The notes under the pieces are model-generated. The model was not told where the DNA came from. It was given only the letters and a program-made list of their open reading frames with translations, and did no database searches. 64,000 bases of DNA from a virus, in the IMG/VR virus record IMGVR_UViG_3300003583_000001, positions 9,943 through 73,942 of that record; one strand, 5' to 3'. A program made the translations under genes and the position numbers. Shown piece by piece: positions 1 to 8,812 of this stretch (within the stretch, counting starts at the first letter, position 1; each line of letters opens with the position of its first letter).

Positions 1-762
1 TTCTAGAAACGCAAGTTCTCCACCACCACCATAATCAACATCAACTCTGTTAATCATACACGGCTTGAGTACAAGCGCATCAACTCCTGTAATTAAAGGT
101 AGACAAACACTAGGATAAGATAAAAACGTTTTACCACCGGCACTCACATTACTCGCTTTAAAATCTTTATAGTAAGGAAGACTGTGATATTTAAAAAGTC
201 TTATGATTTCTTTAATCGCATTAGTTTCAGCACGAGATTTGGGTATAAATGTCCAATTGAAAGTAAACGTTCTTAAATCAACACCATCAAATAGTAATGC
301 TTGGAAAGGATTTCTTTTGGCTCCAGCACCAGCTTCAACACCTTGCATCACAGCGGGTGCCACTGCACTAGCAGCTTCATTAACAAAGTAAGAGGCTGCT
401 GCTCCAGCAAGCTCTTTCATTCCCACACCTCTTGCAGCATCTACCAATGCACTTATCCCATCCGATGCTAATGCACTCGTACCGATAGCAACAGCATTAC
501 CCACTAAACCAAGTTCTGTTGCAGAAACTCTTATACCTTGAGCATCGATTAAGGCATCAGGCAAAGAAAGAAAAACAGAATCTTGAATATTTGCTCTTGC
601 ACTTGTTATTGTGCCAGAATTTCTTTCACCATACGAATATTTCTTGAACATCAAGAGCATACCAACATTTCCTAAATCAGAAGGAAATTGTACTTGGTTC
701 ACTTGATTTTCTGCTTTCTTAATATTTCGTATAGCATCTGGTGAGCGAGGCACATTAGACAT
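1..762 (-). CDS. 48: baseplate tail-tube cap protein (T4 gp48-like), runs off the window edge
   Basis: Not in the ORF track. Manual translation from ATG at 762: MSNVPRSPDAIRNIKK...NPFQALLFDGVDLRTFTFNWTFIPKSRAE...YPSVC...KPCMINRVDVDY. The NP..F.G...R.F.F.W.F.PKS motif is typical of gp48, and the gene is divergent from gp4. Confidence 0.8.
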   Translation of the reverse strand, partial: MSNVPRSPDAIRNIKKAENQVNQVQFPSDLGNVGMLLMFKKYSYGERNSGTITSARANIQDSVFLSLPDALIDAQGIRVSATELGLVGNAVAIGTSALASDGISALVDAARGVGMKELAGAAASYFVNEAASAVAPAVMQGVEAGAGAKRNPFQALLFDGVDLRTFTFNWTFIPKSRAETNAIKEIIRLFKYHSLPYYKDFKASNVSAGGKTFLSYPSVCLPLITGVDALVLKPCMINRVDVDYGGGGELAFLE

Positions 763-773
763 GATTGAACCTT

Positions 774-801
774 TATAAATACTTATTTACACCTATTTAT
801 A
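774..801. promoter_or_regulatory. pair of opposed T4 late promoters (TATAAATA on + at 774-781; on - at 794-801)
   Basis: Exact T4 gp55 late-promoter consensus on both strands between the divergent gp48 and gp4 genes. Confidence 0.8.
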
Positions 802-812
802 ACGAAAACAAT

Positions 813-1265
813 ATGGCATACCGAGGAAAATTCAGACCTTCAAACTCTCATAAATATAAGGGTGACCACACTAAGATTATTTATAGAAGTCTGTGGGAAC
901 TAAAGTTTATGAGAAAATGTGATGAGAACACTGGTATCGTTCAGTGGTCGTCAGAAGAAATAATTGTGCCTTATCGCAGTTTAATTGACGGTAAGAAGCA
1001 TAGATATTTCCCAGACTTCTGGGTAAAAAAGCTAAATAGTGATGTAGTACTTGTTGAGATTAAACCAATGAATCAATCTGTGCCACCACAGAAGAAGTCT
1101 AAGGTGACAAAGCGATATCTCGAAGAAGTGAAGACATGGGGCACGAACTTATCCAAGTGGCGTGCTGCCCAAGAATATTGTGATGATAGAGGTTGGACGT
1201 TTATGGTTCTAACCGAAAAAGGAGAGGCAAGAAGTTGGCGACAGTATTTGACGAACTCTTATTAA
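813..1265 (+). CDS. 4: head completion nuclease (T4 gp4)
   Basis: MAYRGKFRP..KYKGD...IIYRSLWELKFM..CD...WSSEE...YFPDF...VEIKP; start moved to ATG 813, downstream of the late promoter. Confidence 0.92.
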   Translation: MAYRGKFRPSNSHKYKGDHTKIIYRSLWELKFMRKCDENTGIVQWSSEEIIVPYRSLIDGKKHRYFPDFWVKKLNSDVVLVEIKPMNQSVPPQKKSKVTKRYLEEVKTWGTNLSKWRAAQEYCDDRGWTFMVLTEKGEARSWRQYLTNSY

Positions 1266-1843
1266 GAGGTGTGAAGAAGGGTCAAATCCCTGCTCGCACA
1301 CAAACCGCACGAGAGTGGTATCGTGATGCCGCTAGAAGCACAGGTGCGCTTCAACCAGCAAAACTTGTAAAGTCTGACCCAGAACGTGGACGCTCACAGA
1401 TTCGTGTGGGCGATATGTATCTATATCATTACGATCCAAAGTACAAGAAAACACTACCTTATTATGACAGATTTCCTCTTGTATTTCCTTTTAAGAAAGT
1501 TCCAAAAGGTTGGCTGGGCATCAACATGCACTATCTACCGTTACAGCTTCGTGCAAAGTTGATGGACAATCTATATGATCTAGCGTCAAATAAAAAATAC
1601 GATGAGACAACAAGATTGCGTTTAAACTATGATGTGTTAAATGGGGCAGCGAAGTTTAGACTATTCAAGCCTACAATACATCGTTATTTGATTAGCCGTG
1701 TAGAATCTAGAATGATTTACATAAACCCATCTGAATGGGACATTGCGTTGTTTCTACCTCTTGAGAGATTTTATGAAAACAAAGGCCGTATCAAAAAAGG
1801 TCAAGTCTACAAAGACTCCAGACAAATGATTAGAGGAAGCTAA
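1235..1843 (+). CDS. 2: DNA end protector protein (T4 gp2)
   Basis: YDPKYKKTLPYYDRFPLVFP...GINMHYLP...WDIALFLP motifs; probable TTG start at 1235. Confidence 0.9.
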   Translation: MATVFDELLLRGVKKGQIPARTQTAREWYRDAARSTGALQPAKLVKSDPERGRSQIRVGDMYLYHYDPKYKKTLPYYDRFPLVFPFKKVPKGWLGINMHYLPLQLRAKLMDNLYDLASNKKYDETTRLRLNYDVLNGAAKFRLFKPTIHRYLISRVESRMIYINPSEWDIALFLPLERFYENKGRIKKGQVYKDSRQMIRGS

Positions 1844-1845
1844 TA

Positions 1846-2604
1846 ATGGCATTTAATGTAGCAGATTTCAGAGCGCAAATATCAAGCTCTAAATTTGGCG
1901 GTCTTGCGCTTGCAAATAAGTTCATTGTACGAATTACACCACCTTCTAAAATATTTGCTGGTGATGGTGATTCCTTTCCTACAATGGAACAGTTGACTTT
2001 CTTCTGCAACACCACAAGTCTTCCAGGAAAGACCATAAACACATTTGATTACAAGCCTATTGCTTACGGGCAAGTCAACAAGATGCCCATCTCACGGTCG
2101 AATGATACATTTACAACAAGTTTCTTTGGTGATTCGAACTATCTGATAATGGGCTTCTTTCAGCGATGGTTAAACTACATCGTACAAGATGGTGGTGAAG
2201 TTTTTGACGGTAGAGGTTATAGAGAGATTGGATATAAAGAAGACTATGCTTGTACGATAGAAATTATTGGATACGATTACGATAGTTCCGAAAAAGTTGT
2301 ATATACGTTATATGAAGCATATCCAACACAGATTGGTGCTGTATCGATGGGATGGGAACAAAACGATACGTTGATTCAGATTCCTATTGAGTTTACATAT
2401 GATGATATGTCGATTGATAGATCATCAGCAAACAGTTCTGACGTTAATAAGCCTAGAACACCAGTAGGATTATTCACTCGAATTGCACAAGCAGCATCTA
2501 TTGCTGGCGTAATAAATACAATTAACAGACCTCGAAATATACAAGATTTGATTAATCAAGGAACAACAATCCGAACTCTAGGAAGAGGACTCGGAGTACT
2601 TTAA
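1846..2604 (+). CDS. 54: baseplate tail-tube initiator (T4 gp54-like, tail-tube fold)
   Basis: GGLALANKFIVRI...C...SLPGK...L.EAYP..IG...FTY pattern; lies between gp2 and gp26. Confidence 0.75.
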   Translation: MAFNVADFRAQISSSKFGGLALANKFIVRITPPSKIFAGDGDSFPTMEQLTFFCNTTSLPGKTINTFDYKPIAYGQVNKMPISRSNDTFTTSFFGDSNYLIMGFFQRWLNYIVQDGGEVFDGRGYREIGYKEDYACTIEIIGYDYDSSEKVVYTLYEAYPTQIGAVSMGWEQNDTLIQIPIEFTYDDMSIDRSSANSSDVNKPRTPVGLFTRIAQAASIAGVINTINRPRNIQDLINQGTTIRTLGRGLGVL

Positions 2605-2620
2605 CGGAGTGATTTAAACT

Positions 2621-3316
2621 ATGGCATTACCTAAAATTGATACCCCTACATTCATGCTTGAATTACCATCTACAAAAGAGAATATCAAGTATCGGCCATT
2701 TACCGTCAAAGAAGAAAAAATTCTTCTAATGGCATCACAAGGCAAAGAAGAAAAAGATATTCAAAATGCGATAGAGCAAATTTTGACAAATTGCATTATC
2801 AGTGATATTAACGTTAAAACTCTAGCTCCATATGATATTGAATATTTGTTTTTAAATTTGAGGGCAAAGTCTGTAAACAATATTATCGAACTAAAAATTA
2901 CTGATGATGAAGACAACATCGAATATGACATTAGTATTAATCTAGATGATATTAAAATAACAATGCCCGAAAGAAACAACATTATTCAAATAAACGATAG
3001 TATCTCTCTGATAATGAAAGACCCAGATTATGCTACAGTGAAAAAACTTGAGAAAAAGTCAGAAGATCAGGTGATGAATAGTATTCTTATTGAATGTATT
3101 GATCAGATTTTAGTAGATGACGATGTTATTCTTTTGAAGGATCACACGAAAAAAGAACAAGATGAGTTTATCAATTCATTCAGTTCTAAAGACATGAGAA
3201 ATGTTGAAGAATATTTCAACTTGATGCCTAAATTATCCCACGACGTATCTTACACTAGAGAAGATGGAACAGAAGTAACGAAAACGCTCGAAGGGATGCA
3301 AAGTTTTTTTACTTAA
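2621..3316 (+). CDS. 26: baseplate hub assembly protein (T4 gp26)
   Basis: MALPKI..P...LPST...YRPFTVKEEKILL...DIEYLFLNLRAKSV...LEGMQSFF. Confidence 0.9.
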   Translation: MALPKIDTPTFMLELPSTKENIKYRPFTVKEEKILLMASQGKEEKDIQNAIEQILTNCIISDINVKTLAPYDIEYLFLNLRAKSVNNIIELKITDDEDNIEYDISINLDDIKITMPERNNIIQINDSISLIMKDPDYATVKKLEKKSEDQVMNSILIECIDQILVDDDVILLKDHTKKEQDEFINSFSSKDMRNVEEYFNLMPKLSHDVSYTREDGTEVTKTLEGMQSFFT

Positions 3317-3486
3317 TGATGATCCATAATAATATCTCTAATTATTATAAGGTCATCTTTTCCTTAGTCCAACATCATAAATATTCTATAACCGAAATTG
3401 AAAATTTGATACCATTCGAACGTGACTTATATGTTGAAATGCTTATTGATCATATTGAAGAACAAAATGCAAAACAACAAGGATAA
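3316..3486 (+). CDS. 51: baseplate hub assembly catalyst (gp51-like, 56 aa)
   Basis: Manual translation MMIHNNISNYYKVIFSLVQHHKYSITEIENLIPFERDLYVEML...; coupled to the gp26 stop (TAATG). Confidence 0.85.
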   Translation: MMIHNNISNYYKVIFSLVQHHKYSITEIENLIPFERDLYVEMLIDHIEEQNAKQQG

Positions 3487-3492
3487 CGTCAA

Positions 3493-3879
3493 GTGTCTGA
3501 AGAAGAAACTAACACCGTCACCATTGATGCAGCGGCTTTGCCTGGTGCTGATGCAAATGGTGATGGTCATGTCTCACAAGAAGAGATGGATATGTACCTT
3601 GAGTTCAAGCGTAAAGAGTTAGAAGACGCTGATGCTCGTAGAGATGCGATGAGGCAAATGACTTGGTTTGCTTTGTTTGGAATGCTTCTGTATCCGTTTA
3701 GTATCTTCTTCACTTCGTTATTTGGTGTAGACAAAGCAGCAGTGATTATTGGTAACATTGCACCAACATACTTTGTAGCAATCTCTGCACTTGTTGCTGC
3801 TTACTTTGGTGCTAATGCTTACAGTGATAAGAAGGGTAGTAAACCATCAGGTAAACCATCAACACCTGTTAAGAAATAG
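3493..3879 (+). CDS. membrane protein with N-terminal EF-hand-like loop and 2 predicted TM helices
   Basis: DANGDGHVSQEE loop; hydrophobic segments MTWFALFGMLLYPFSIFF and TYFVAISALVAAYFG. Confidence 0.7.
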   Translation: MSEEETNTVTIDAAALPGADANGDGHVSQEEMDMYLEFKRKELEDADARRDAMRQMTWFALFGMLLYPFSIFFTSLFGVDKAAVIIGNIAPTYFVAISALVAAYFGANAYSDKKGSKPSGKPSTPVKK

Positions 3880-3954
3880 CTTACTCTAAACATCATTAGC
3901 GATAACGCTATTATACCATGTTTGGAGAAAAAGTCAATAGGAAAATAGAAGAAA

Positions 3955-6039
3955 ATGGCTGAAGCAACATTAAATGACGTAATGAAGACGATGCGAGAAG
4001 AGGGTATGCAGACTCGTGATACGGGCGCTAACTCTCTTAGAGTTGCTATCGACTCTCTTAACATGACTGTCAACGCACTAGGTAATATTAATAACAGTTT
4101 AAAATTCTTTACCGAGACTTTTCTAGAAAATATGAAGCGTAGTCGTCGTGAAGCATTATTAGCCAATAATGCTAGACCAGAACTTCTTGCTTCGCTGGGA
4201 AAACAATCAGGTGAAGAAAAAGAGAAAGAAGTTGACGTTCCTAAAAAGAAAGGTGGTATTCTTGCTAGTCTTTTCGGTTCTCTAGGCGCTTTAAGTTTAA
4301 GCGGAATTGTAAAAAGTATAGGTGGTGGACTTCTTAGCTCATTTAAACTCTTATTCAGCCCAAAAGCACTACTTAAAATATTTGCTAAGTTTGCCTCTAA
4401 ATTTGGACCTATTGCTATTGTTGCAGGTATTATTGCATCGATAAGCGGCGCTATTTCCTCATTTATGGAAAGCGATGCGGACACATTATTTGGTAGAATT
4501 TATGATGGTTTTCTTGGTTCAATAGGGCAAGTGATAGAGTTCTTTACTTTTGGTTTTATAAAAAAGGAACAAATAGAAGAACTTCTAAAACCACTTAGTG
4601 ACTTCATGGATGATGTTGGAATTTTTGTATTGGAAATGATCGACCAGCCTGGAATAGCGATTGATACAGCTATTGCATCAATGAAAAAAGTTGGTATATG
4701 GTTCTCAGATGTGCTGGGTGATCTTTTTGAGAGTTTAGGTTTAGATGACTTAGCAAAAACTCTTTTTGGAACAAAAGTTTCAGGCGAAATGGTAGCTAAA
4801 TTTTTCAAGAATTTGTTCAACCCAAAACCAGAAGAGGGCTACTTCAGCATCGTAAAACTATTAACTGATGTGTGGGATACTTCTAAAAAAGCAGTCGAAA
4901 CTACTACTTCAAACGTGTCAAAGTTCTTCACTAACTTGTTTTCTTCAACGCCAGAAGATGGTTACTTCAGTATAGCAAAGGTATTGAGTGATTTATTTAC
5001 GTCTGCTAAGACCACGTTAATTGCTGGTAAAGAGTCCGTGTCGAAGTTTTTCTCTAGTCTATTCTCTTTGACACCAGACGAAGGTTATTTCAGCATAGCA
5101 AAAGTATTAAACGATTTATTTACGTCTGCTAAGACCACGTTAATTGCTGGTAAAGAGTCGGTATCAAAGTTCTTTACCAACTTATTCGCTGAGAAGCCAG
5201 AGGAAGGTTACTTCAGCATAAGAAAAGTATTATCTGATTTATTCACGAATGCTAAGACCACGTTAGTTGCTGGTAAAGACACAGTAGTAAAGATTTTTAC
5301 AAATCTATTTTCTTCAGAGCCAGAAGATGGTTACTTTAGCGTAGTCAAAATGGTTATAGATGCTTTTAATTCTGTTTCAAATTTAGCAGAAACGTTTTAT
5401 ACTAAAGTTCAGAATCTTGTTGCTGAGAATATAGTTGATCCAATAGGTAATGCGTTTACCAGTGCTGGCAAATTCATGTCATCCCTACCAGATAGGATTA
5501 TGCTTACGATTGAAGAAATTTGGATTAAGACTATGGCAGATTTGAAAATTGGTTTCATTAAGTTTGCAGGTTTTGTAAACACCCTTCCAGATAGGGTTTT
5601 GCTTGCTGCTGAGTCAGCATTAGCTAGTACCCGACTTGGCAGACGGTTTGTCGATGAAGAAGGTATTAAAGCGAGACAAGAAGCGCTTGATGCAAAAGCT
5701 GGAGGCGATCAAGCAAATATTGATGCAATAACCGCACAAGAAGCTGCTGATTTAGAAGCGCTTCGGCTAAAAAAAGCTGCGTTAAACACTGATGCAATAA
5801 CTGCGAAAAAAGATACCGATTTGGAAGCAGCCCGGCTAAAAAAAGCTGCGATGGATAAATTTGAAAGAGAATACGATGCTCAAGTGGCTGCTCCTGTTGT
5901 TGTTAGTGGTGGTAGTGTTGGGCAACAGATAACTGGTGGCACACATTATCATGGTCCAGTAACAAATGCCCCTTCAGTGACTCAGAGCGCTCCGGGTGGG
6001 TATAGCTCTCAGCTTCCAACACAATCAAGCTATATGTAA
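3955..6039 (+). CDS. putative tape-measure / baseplate hub protein (gp29-like) with internal repeats
   Basis: 694 aa, helical and amphipathic, G/A/S-rich hydrophobic stretches, tandem repeats; follows gp26-gp51. Confidence 0.6.
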   Translation: MAEATLNDVMKTMREEGMQTRDTGANSLRVAIDSLNMTVNALGNINNSLKFFTETFLENMKRSRREALLANNARPELLASLGKQSGEEKEKEVDVPKKKGGILASLFGSLGALSLSGIVKSIGGGLLSSFKLLFSPKALLKIFAKFASKFGPIAIVAGIIASISGAISSFMESDADTLFGRIYDGFLGSIGQVIEFFTFGFIKKEQIEELLKPLSDFMDDVGIFVLEMIDQPGIAIDTAIASMKKVGIWFSDVLGDLFESLGLDDLAKTLFGTKVSGEMVAKFFKNLFNPKPEEGYFSIVKLLTDVWDTSKKAVETTTSNVSKFFTNLFSSTPEDGYFSIAKVLSDLFTSAKTTLIAGKESVSKFFSSLFSLTPDEGYFSIAKVLNDLFTSAKTTLIAGKESVSKFFTNLFAEKPEEGYFSIRKVLSDLFTNAKTTLVAGKDTVVKIFTNLFSSEPEDGYFSVVKMVIDAFNSVSNLAETFYTKVQNLVAENIVDPIGNAFTSAGKFMSSLPDRIMLTIEEIWIKTMADLKIGFIKFAGFVNTLPDRVLLAAESALASTRLGRRFVDEEGIKARQEALDAKAGGDQANIDAITAQEAADLEALRLKKAALNTDAITAKKDTDLEAARLKKAAMDKFEREYDAQVAAPVVVSGGSVGQQITGGTHYHGPVTNAPSVTQSAPGGYSSQLPTQSSYM
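4798..5370 (+). repeat. five 123-bp (41-aa) tandem repeat units in the tape-measure-like gene
   Basis: K(F/I)FxxLFxxxPxxGYFS units start at 4798, 4921, 5044, 5167 and 5290. Confidence 0.9.
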
Positions 6040-6047
6040 CCAAATAA

Positions 6048-6073
6048 AAAGGGGAGCTAAAAAGCTCCCCTTT
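6048..6073. terminator. probable bidirectional intrinsic terminator
   Basis: AAAGGGGAGCT-AAAA-AGCTCCCCTTT between convergent genes. Confidence 0.85.
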
Positions 6074-6076
6074 CTC

Positions 6077-7009
6077 TTAGTCTTCAGCCAACTTCTTGAA
6101 GAACGATAAACTATCATCCTCCGCATCATCAACTGTATCCATTGCCCACGACGGCGATGAATCTTCAGTCTTGCGTTCAGGAGCAGATGCTTCCTTGAAC
6201 TGAGGCTTGAAGTCCATCACCGTCGGCTCGTCTTCCTGAGCGGTCGTTTTGGGTGCGTGTGAACCGCCATCAAGAGCGAGTACCCGATAGAGTTTAGTCT
6301 TCAGGTCATCATAGCTCTTGAAGTTCTTAGGATCGACGAGTTCTTGTAGGGAGTGCTGCGACTTCCAGATACGTTCCAACTCATCATCATCAGTATGAAG
6401 AGGAGTGGCAGAAGCAAAATCGGAACGGTCGTAGTTACGATATCCTTCTACATTACGAATCTTGAGATTGAAGTTTGCACCTTCCCAAAAGTCAAAAGGA
6501 TTCACTGGAGTCTCATCTTCAAACTGAGGATTCATTGCTTCGTTCAGCTTGTCGAAAATCTTCTTGCCATACTGATAGAGAAAGACCTTACCTTCGTTCT
6601 CAGGTTTAGCGGAATCCTTTACGATATAAACGTTAGAGTAATATTTCAGACGGCGCTTCTGCTTACGAGCAATCTCCTTATCAGAGTCAACACCAGAGTT
6701 CCAAAGTGTAGAGTTGTATTCAGACACTGGGTCTTCTTGACCGATTGATGTAAGGTTGTTCTCGATATACCAACCACCTGGACCTTGAAAGCCGTGGTTC
6801 CAGAGACGAACGAAAGGCATGTCTTCGCCGTCGGGTGCTGGTAGGAAGCGTAGTACAGCATAGCCATTACCAGCCTTATCGACTTGTGGCTTCCAGATAC
6901 GGTCATCACCGTAGGTCCGCTTTGCTTCACTACCGTTCAACTTTTGAAGTTGAGCGTTTAGCTTGTCAAAAGAGTTCTTTTGAGTCTTCAAGTTTGCGAA
7001 TGCGTTCAT
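6077..7009 (-). CDS. 32: single-stranded DNA-binding protein (T4 gp32)
   Basis: DDRIWKPQVDKAGNGYAVLRFLP...HGFQGPGGWYIEN...GKKIFDK...NPFDFWEGANF; acidic tail. Confidence 0.97.
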   Translation of the reverse strand: MNAFANLKTQKNSFDKLNAQLQKLNGSEAKRTYGDDRIWKPQVDKAGNGYAVLRFLPAPDGEDMPFVRLWNHGFQGPGGWYIENNLTSIGQEDPVSEYNSTLWNSGVDSDKEIARKQKRRLKYYSNVYIVKDSAKPENEGKVFLYQYGKKIFDKLNEAMNPQFEDETPVNPFDFWEGANFNLKIRNVEGYRNYDRSDFASATPLHTDDDELERIWKSQHSLQELVDPKNFKSYDDLKTKLYRVLALDGGSHAPKTTAQEDEPTVMDFKPQFKEASAPERKTEDSSPSWAMDTVDDAEDDSLSFFKKLAED

Positions 7010-7032
7010 TTGTATTTTCCTTGTATTGCGAT

Positions 7033-7623
7033 TTATCCAAAACGATCAAGTAATGTTTGCTTCATTACTGACCTATCATATTGTAGAAACGGTTTGTATT
7101 TACTACTCTTAGAGTATACAACCTCCCAGATGATTTGTAAAGCTATTTTTGAGTTCCAATGCTTAAAAATATCTAGAATGTCGTCGAGTATAATCAGTGA
7201 TTCCAGTGAAAAACGTTTAGCGATAACTTCGTTTAACAATGGCGGGTGCTGACCATTCACCACTTTAAAGTTAGAGTCAAAATCTTCGTCTAATGTTCGT
7301 ATCTCCTGTTTGAAGTGATATGTTAGTGATTGAATTTTCTTCGACCACTGCTTATATATATCGTCGCTTTCACTGTTTAGCAGGTCTCCAACCCATATCT
7401 TTTTGTCAGAGTTGACCATATTAGCAACGATATAATTCTTGTAATCGTTATGTTTTGATAACTTATAGAACTGAAACTTATCCTTTCGAATCTCGAACGA
7501 CTGCGGAGAAGCATTTACCTTGCCGTTGTACTTGAAGTAGTCATACGACGAGGTGAAATGCCTCTGTAGTGCTAGATACGCAATGTATGTTTCATATGCG
7601 TCTCTGGTCGAGTATGTGTTCAT
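7033..7623 (-). CDS. 59: helicase loader (T4 gp59)
   Basis: YLALQRHF...YDYFKYNGK...RKDKFQFYKL...KYKPFL; sits between 33 and 32. Confidence 0.9.
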   Translation of the reverse strand: MNTYSTRDAYETYIAYLALQRHFTSSYDYFKYNGKVNASPQSFEIRKDKFQFYKLSKHNDYKNYIVANMVNSDKKIWVGDLLNSESDDIYKQWSKKIQSLTYHFKQEIRTLDEDFDSNFKVVNGQHPPLLNEVIAKRFSLESLIILDDILDIFKHWNSKIALQIIWEVVYSKSSKYKPFLQYDRSVMKQTLLDRFG

Positions 7624-7847
7624 ACGGGCAGCTTGGCTGTTCTCTCCATTAGACGGAGGTCTTCAGCTTCGTCCTGAATGCGAGACTTGAGATTTGTATT
7701 TTTGCGAATGATATCACCTAGTGCTTCAATTTCGATATCATTCTTTTGAGCATAATCCAAGACAGCATCCATATAGTTGCTATCAGGCTGCTTTGCGAGT
7801 TTATGCACATAAGTCATAAAATCATCATATTGTAATGTTAGCGTCAT
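7620..7847 (-). CDS. 33: late transcription co-activator (T4 gp33)
   Basis: YMDAVLDY...IEIE...LKSRIQDEAEDL..M...LPV; synteny with 59 and 32. Confidence 0.85.
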   Translation of the reverse strand: MTLTLQYDDFMTYVHKLAKQPDSNYMDAVLDYAQKNDIEIEALGDIIRKNTNLKSRIQDEAEDLRLMERTAKLPV

Positions 7848-8005
7848 GGCAATCTCTCCTTCAAATGTAAAATCCTATTTTCAAAGTAATCTATGATTGA
7901 TGTTTCGTCATTATAAACAGTATCAACCTTGTTTAAACAAACCTTTAAACCCTCAACGTGACGTTGGAACACAGCAAGTTCTATAAGTTCAGCCGCATCA
8001 AGCAT
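7844..8005 (-). CDS. hypothetical protein (53 aa)
   Basis: Manual ORF MLDAAELIELAVFQRHVEG... with SD GGAG and ATGA coupling to gp33. Confidence 0.6.
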   Translation of the reverse strand: MLDAAELIELAVFQRHVEGLKVCLNKVDTVYNDETSIIDYFENRILHLKERLP

Positions 8006-8021
8006 TTGGTATCTCCCTGTT

Positions 8022-8246
8022 TTAGATTACGTCAAGACGAGTTAGAGCCATCTCTTGTTCCAAGAGTTGTTCGTATTCTTTCTCCGATATGATATAAGGG
8101 GATTGAGACATGAGCGATTGCACAGATTGATTCACAGAATCGTGAATGAAATCTTCTGCCTCATAGAAGTCTTCAAATTCTGTGACCTCTGGGTTTGGGT
8201 CAAGCGAGTCTACAGCGATTGTTACACGATATCTCATTCTACACAC
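8022..8246 (-). CDS. hypothetical protein
   Basis: ORF track; tightly packed early gene string. Confidence 0.6.
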   Translation of the reverse strand: MCRMRYRVTIAVDSLDPNPEVTEFEDFYEAEDFIHDSVNQSVQSLMSQSPYIISEKEYEQLLEQEMALTRLDVI

Positions 8247-8422
8247 TCCTCAATACAAATCTCCTTATGAATCTCATAACGGTAACCGTCGGCTGCTCGC
8301 CAAGTGTGCTTGACCGTATGCTCCAACATTGACAGATTGTCAGTGTCATAGTCTTGCTTTAACACCTGACGCTCTCCAGCTTTAGTACGCTTGTCTGTTT
8401 TGTAAATCTCTACAGTAAGCAT
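8234..8422 (-). CDS. hypothetical protein
   Basis: ORF track; SD AGGAG upstream. Confidence 0.65.
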   Translation of the reverse strand: MLTVEIYKTDKRTKAGERQVLKQDYDTDNLSMLEHTVKHTWRAADGYRYEIHKEICIEECVE

Positions 8423-8432
8423 TGTCTTCTCC

Positions 8433-8651
8433 TTATGAACGAATGCCGTGTTCTGCTGCTAACTCAGTTCCGTTGAACAGAGTGAAGCCATCCACATCGT
8501 TGATAGCAACCATCACTTCGAGGTCGATACCAGCTTTGGTACGAACGCTCTCAATGCGACCCCTACCAAGAGGAGTATCGATGAAGTTGCCTTCGGCACC
8601 CCAAAGGTCTTCCATGAAGGTCTTCATCTCAGGAGAAATAGTCTTGGTCAT
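8433..8651 (-). CDS. hypothetical early protein
   Basis: MTKTISPEMK... with SD AAGGA, directly downstream of the early promoter. Confidence 0.7.
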   Translation of the reverse strand: MTKTISPEMKTFMEDLWGAEGNFIDTPLGRGRIESVRTKAGIDLEVMVAINDVDGFTLFNGTELAAEHGIRS

Positions 8652-8679
8652 CTGTCTTCCTTTCATTCTCACTATACTT

Positions 8680-8708
8680 AATATAGCAACTCTGAAGACA
8701 AATGTCAA
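8680..8708 (-). promoter_or_regulatory. sigma70-type early promoter, repeated family
   Basis: TTGACA-17nt-TATATT with an upstream A/T tract. Confidence 0.85.
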
Positions 8709-8736
8709 GAGTTATTTTCACTTTTTTCAAAAAAAA

Positions 8737-8812
8737 TGGTGCTGCCACGAGGATTCGAACCCCGGACCTGAGGTTTACAAAACCCCTGCTCTACCGACTG
8801 AGCTATAGCAGC
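8737..8812 (-). tRNA. tRNA-Thr(UGU)
   Basis: GCTGCTATAGCTCAGTCGGTAGAGCAGGGGTTTTGTAAACCTCAGGTCCGGGGTTCGAATCCTCGTGGCAGCACCA; cloverleaf with encoded CCA. Confidence 0.95.
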
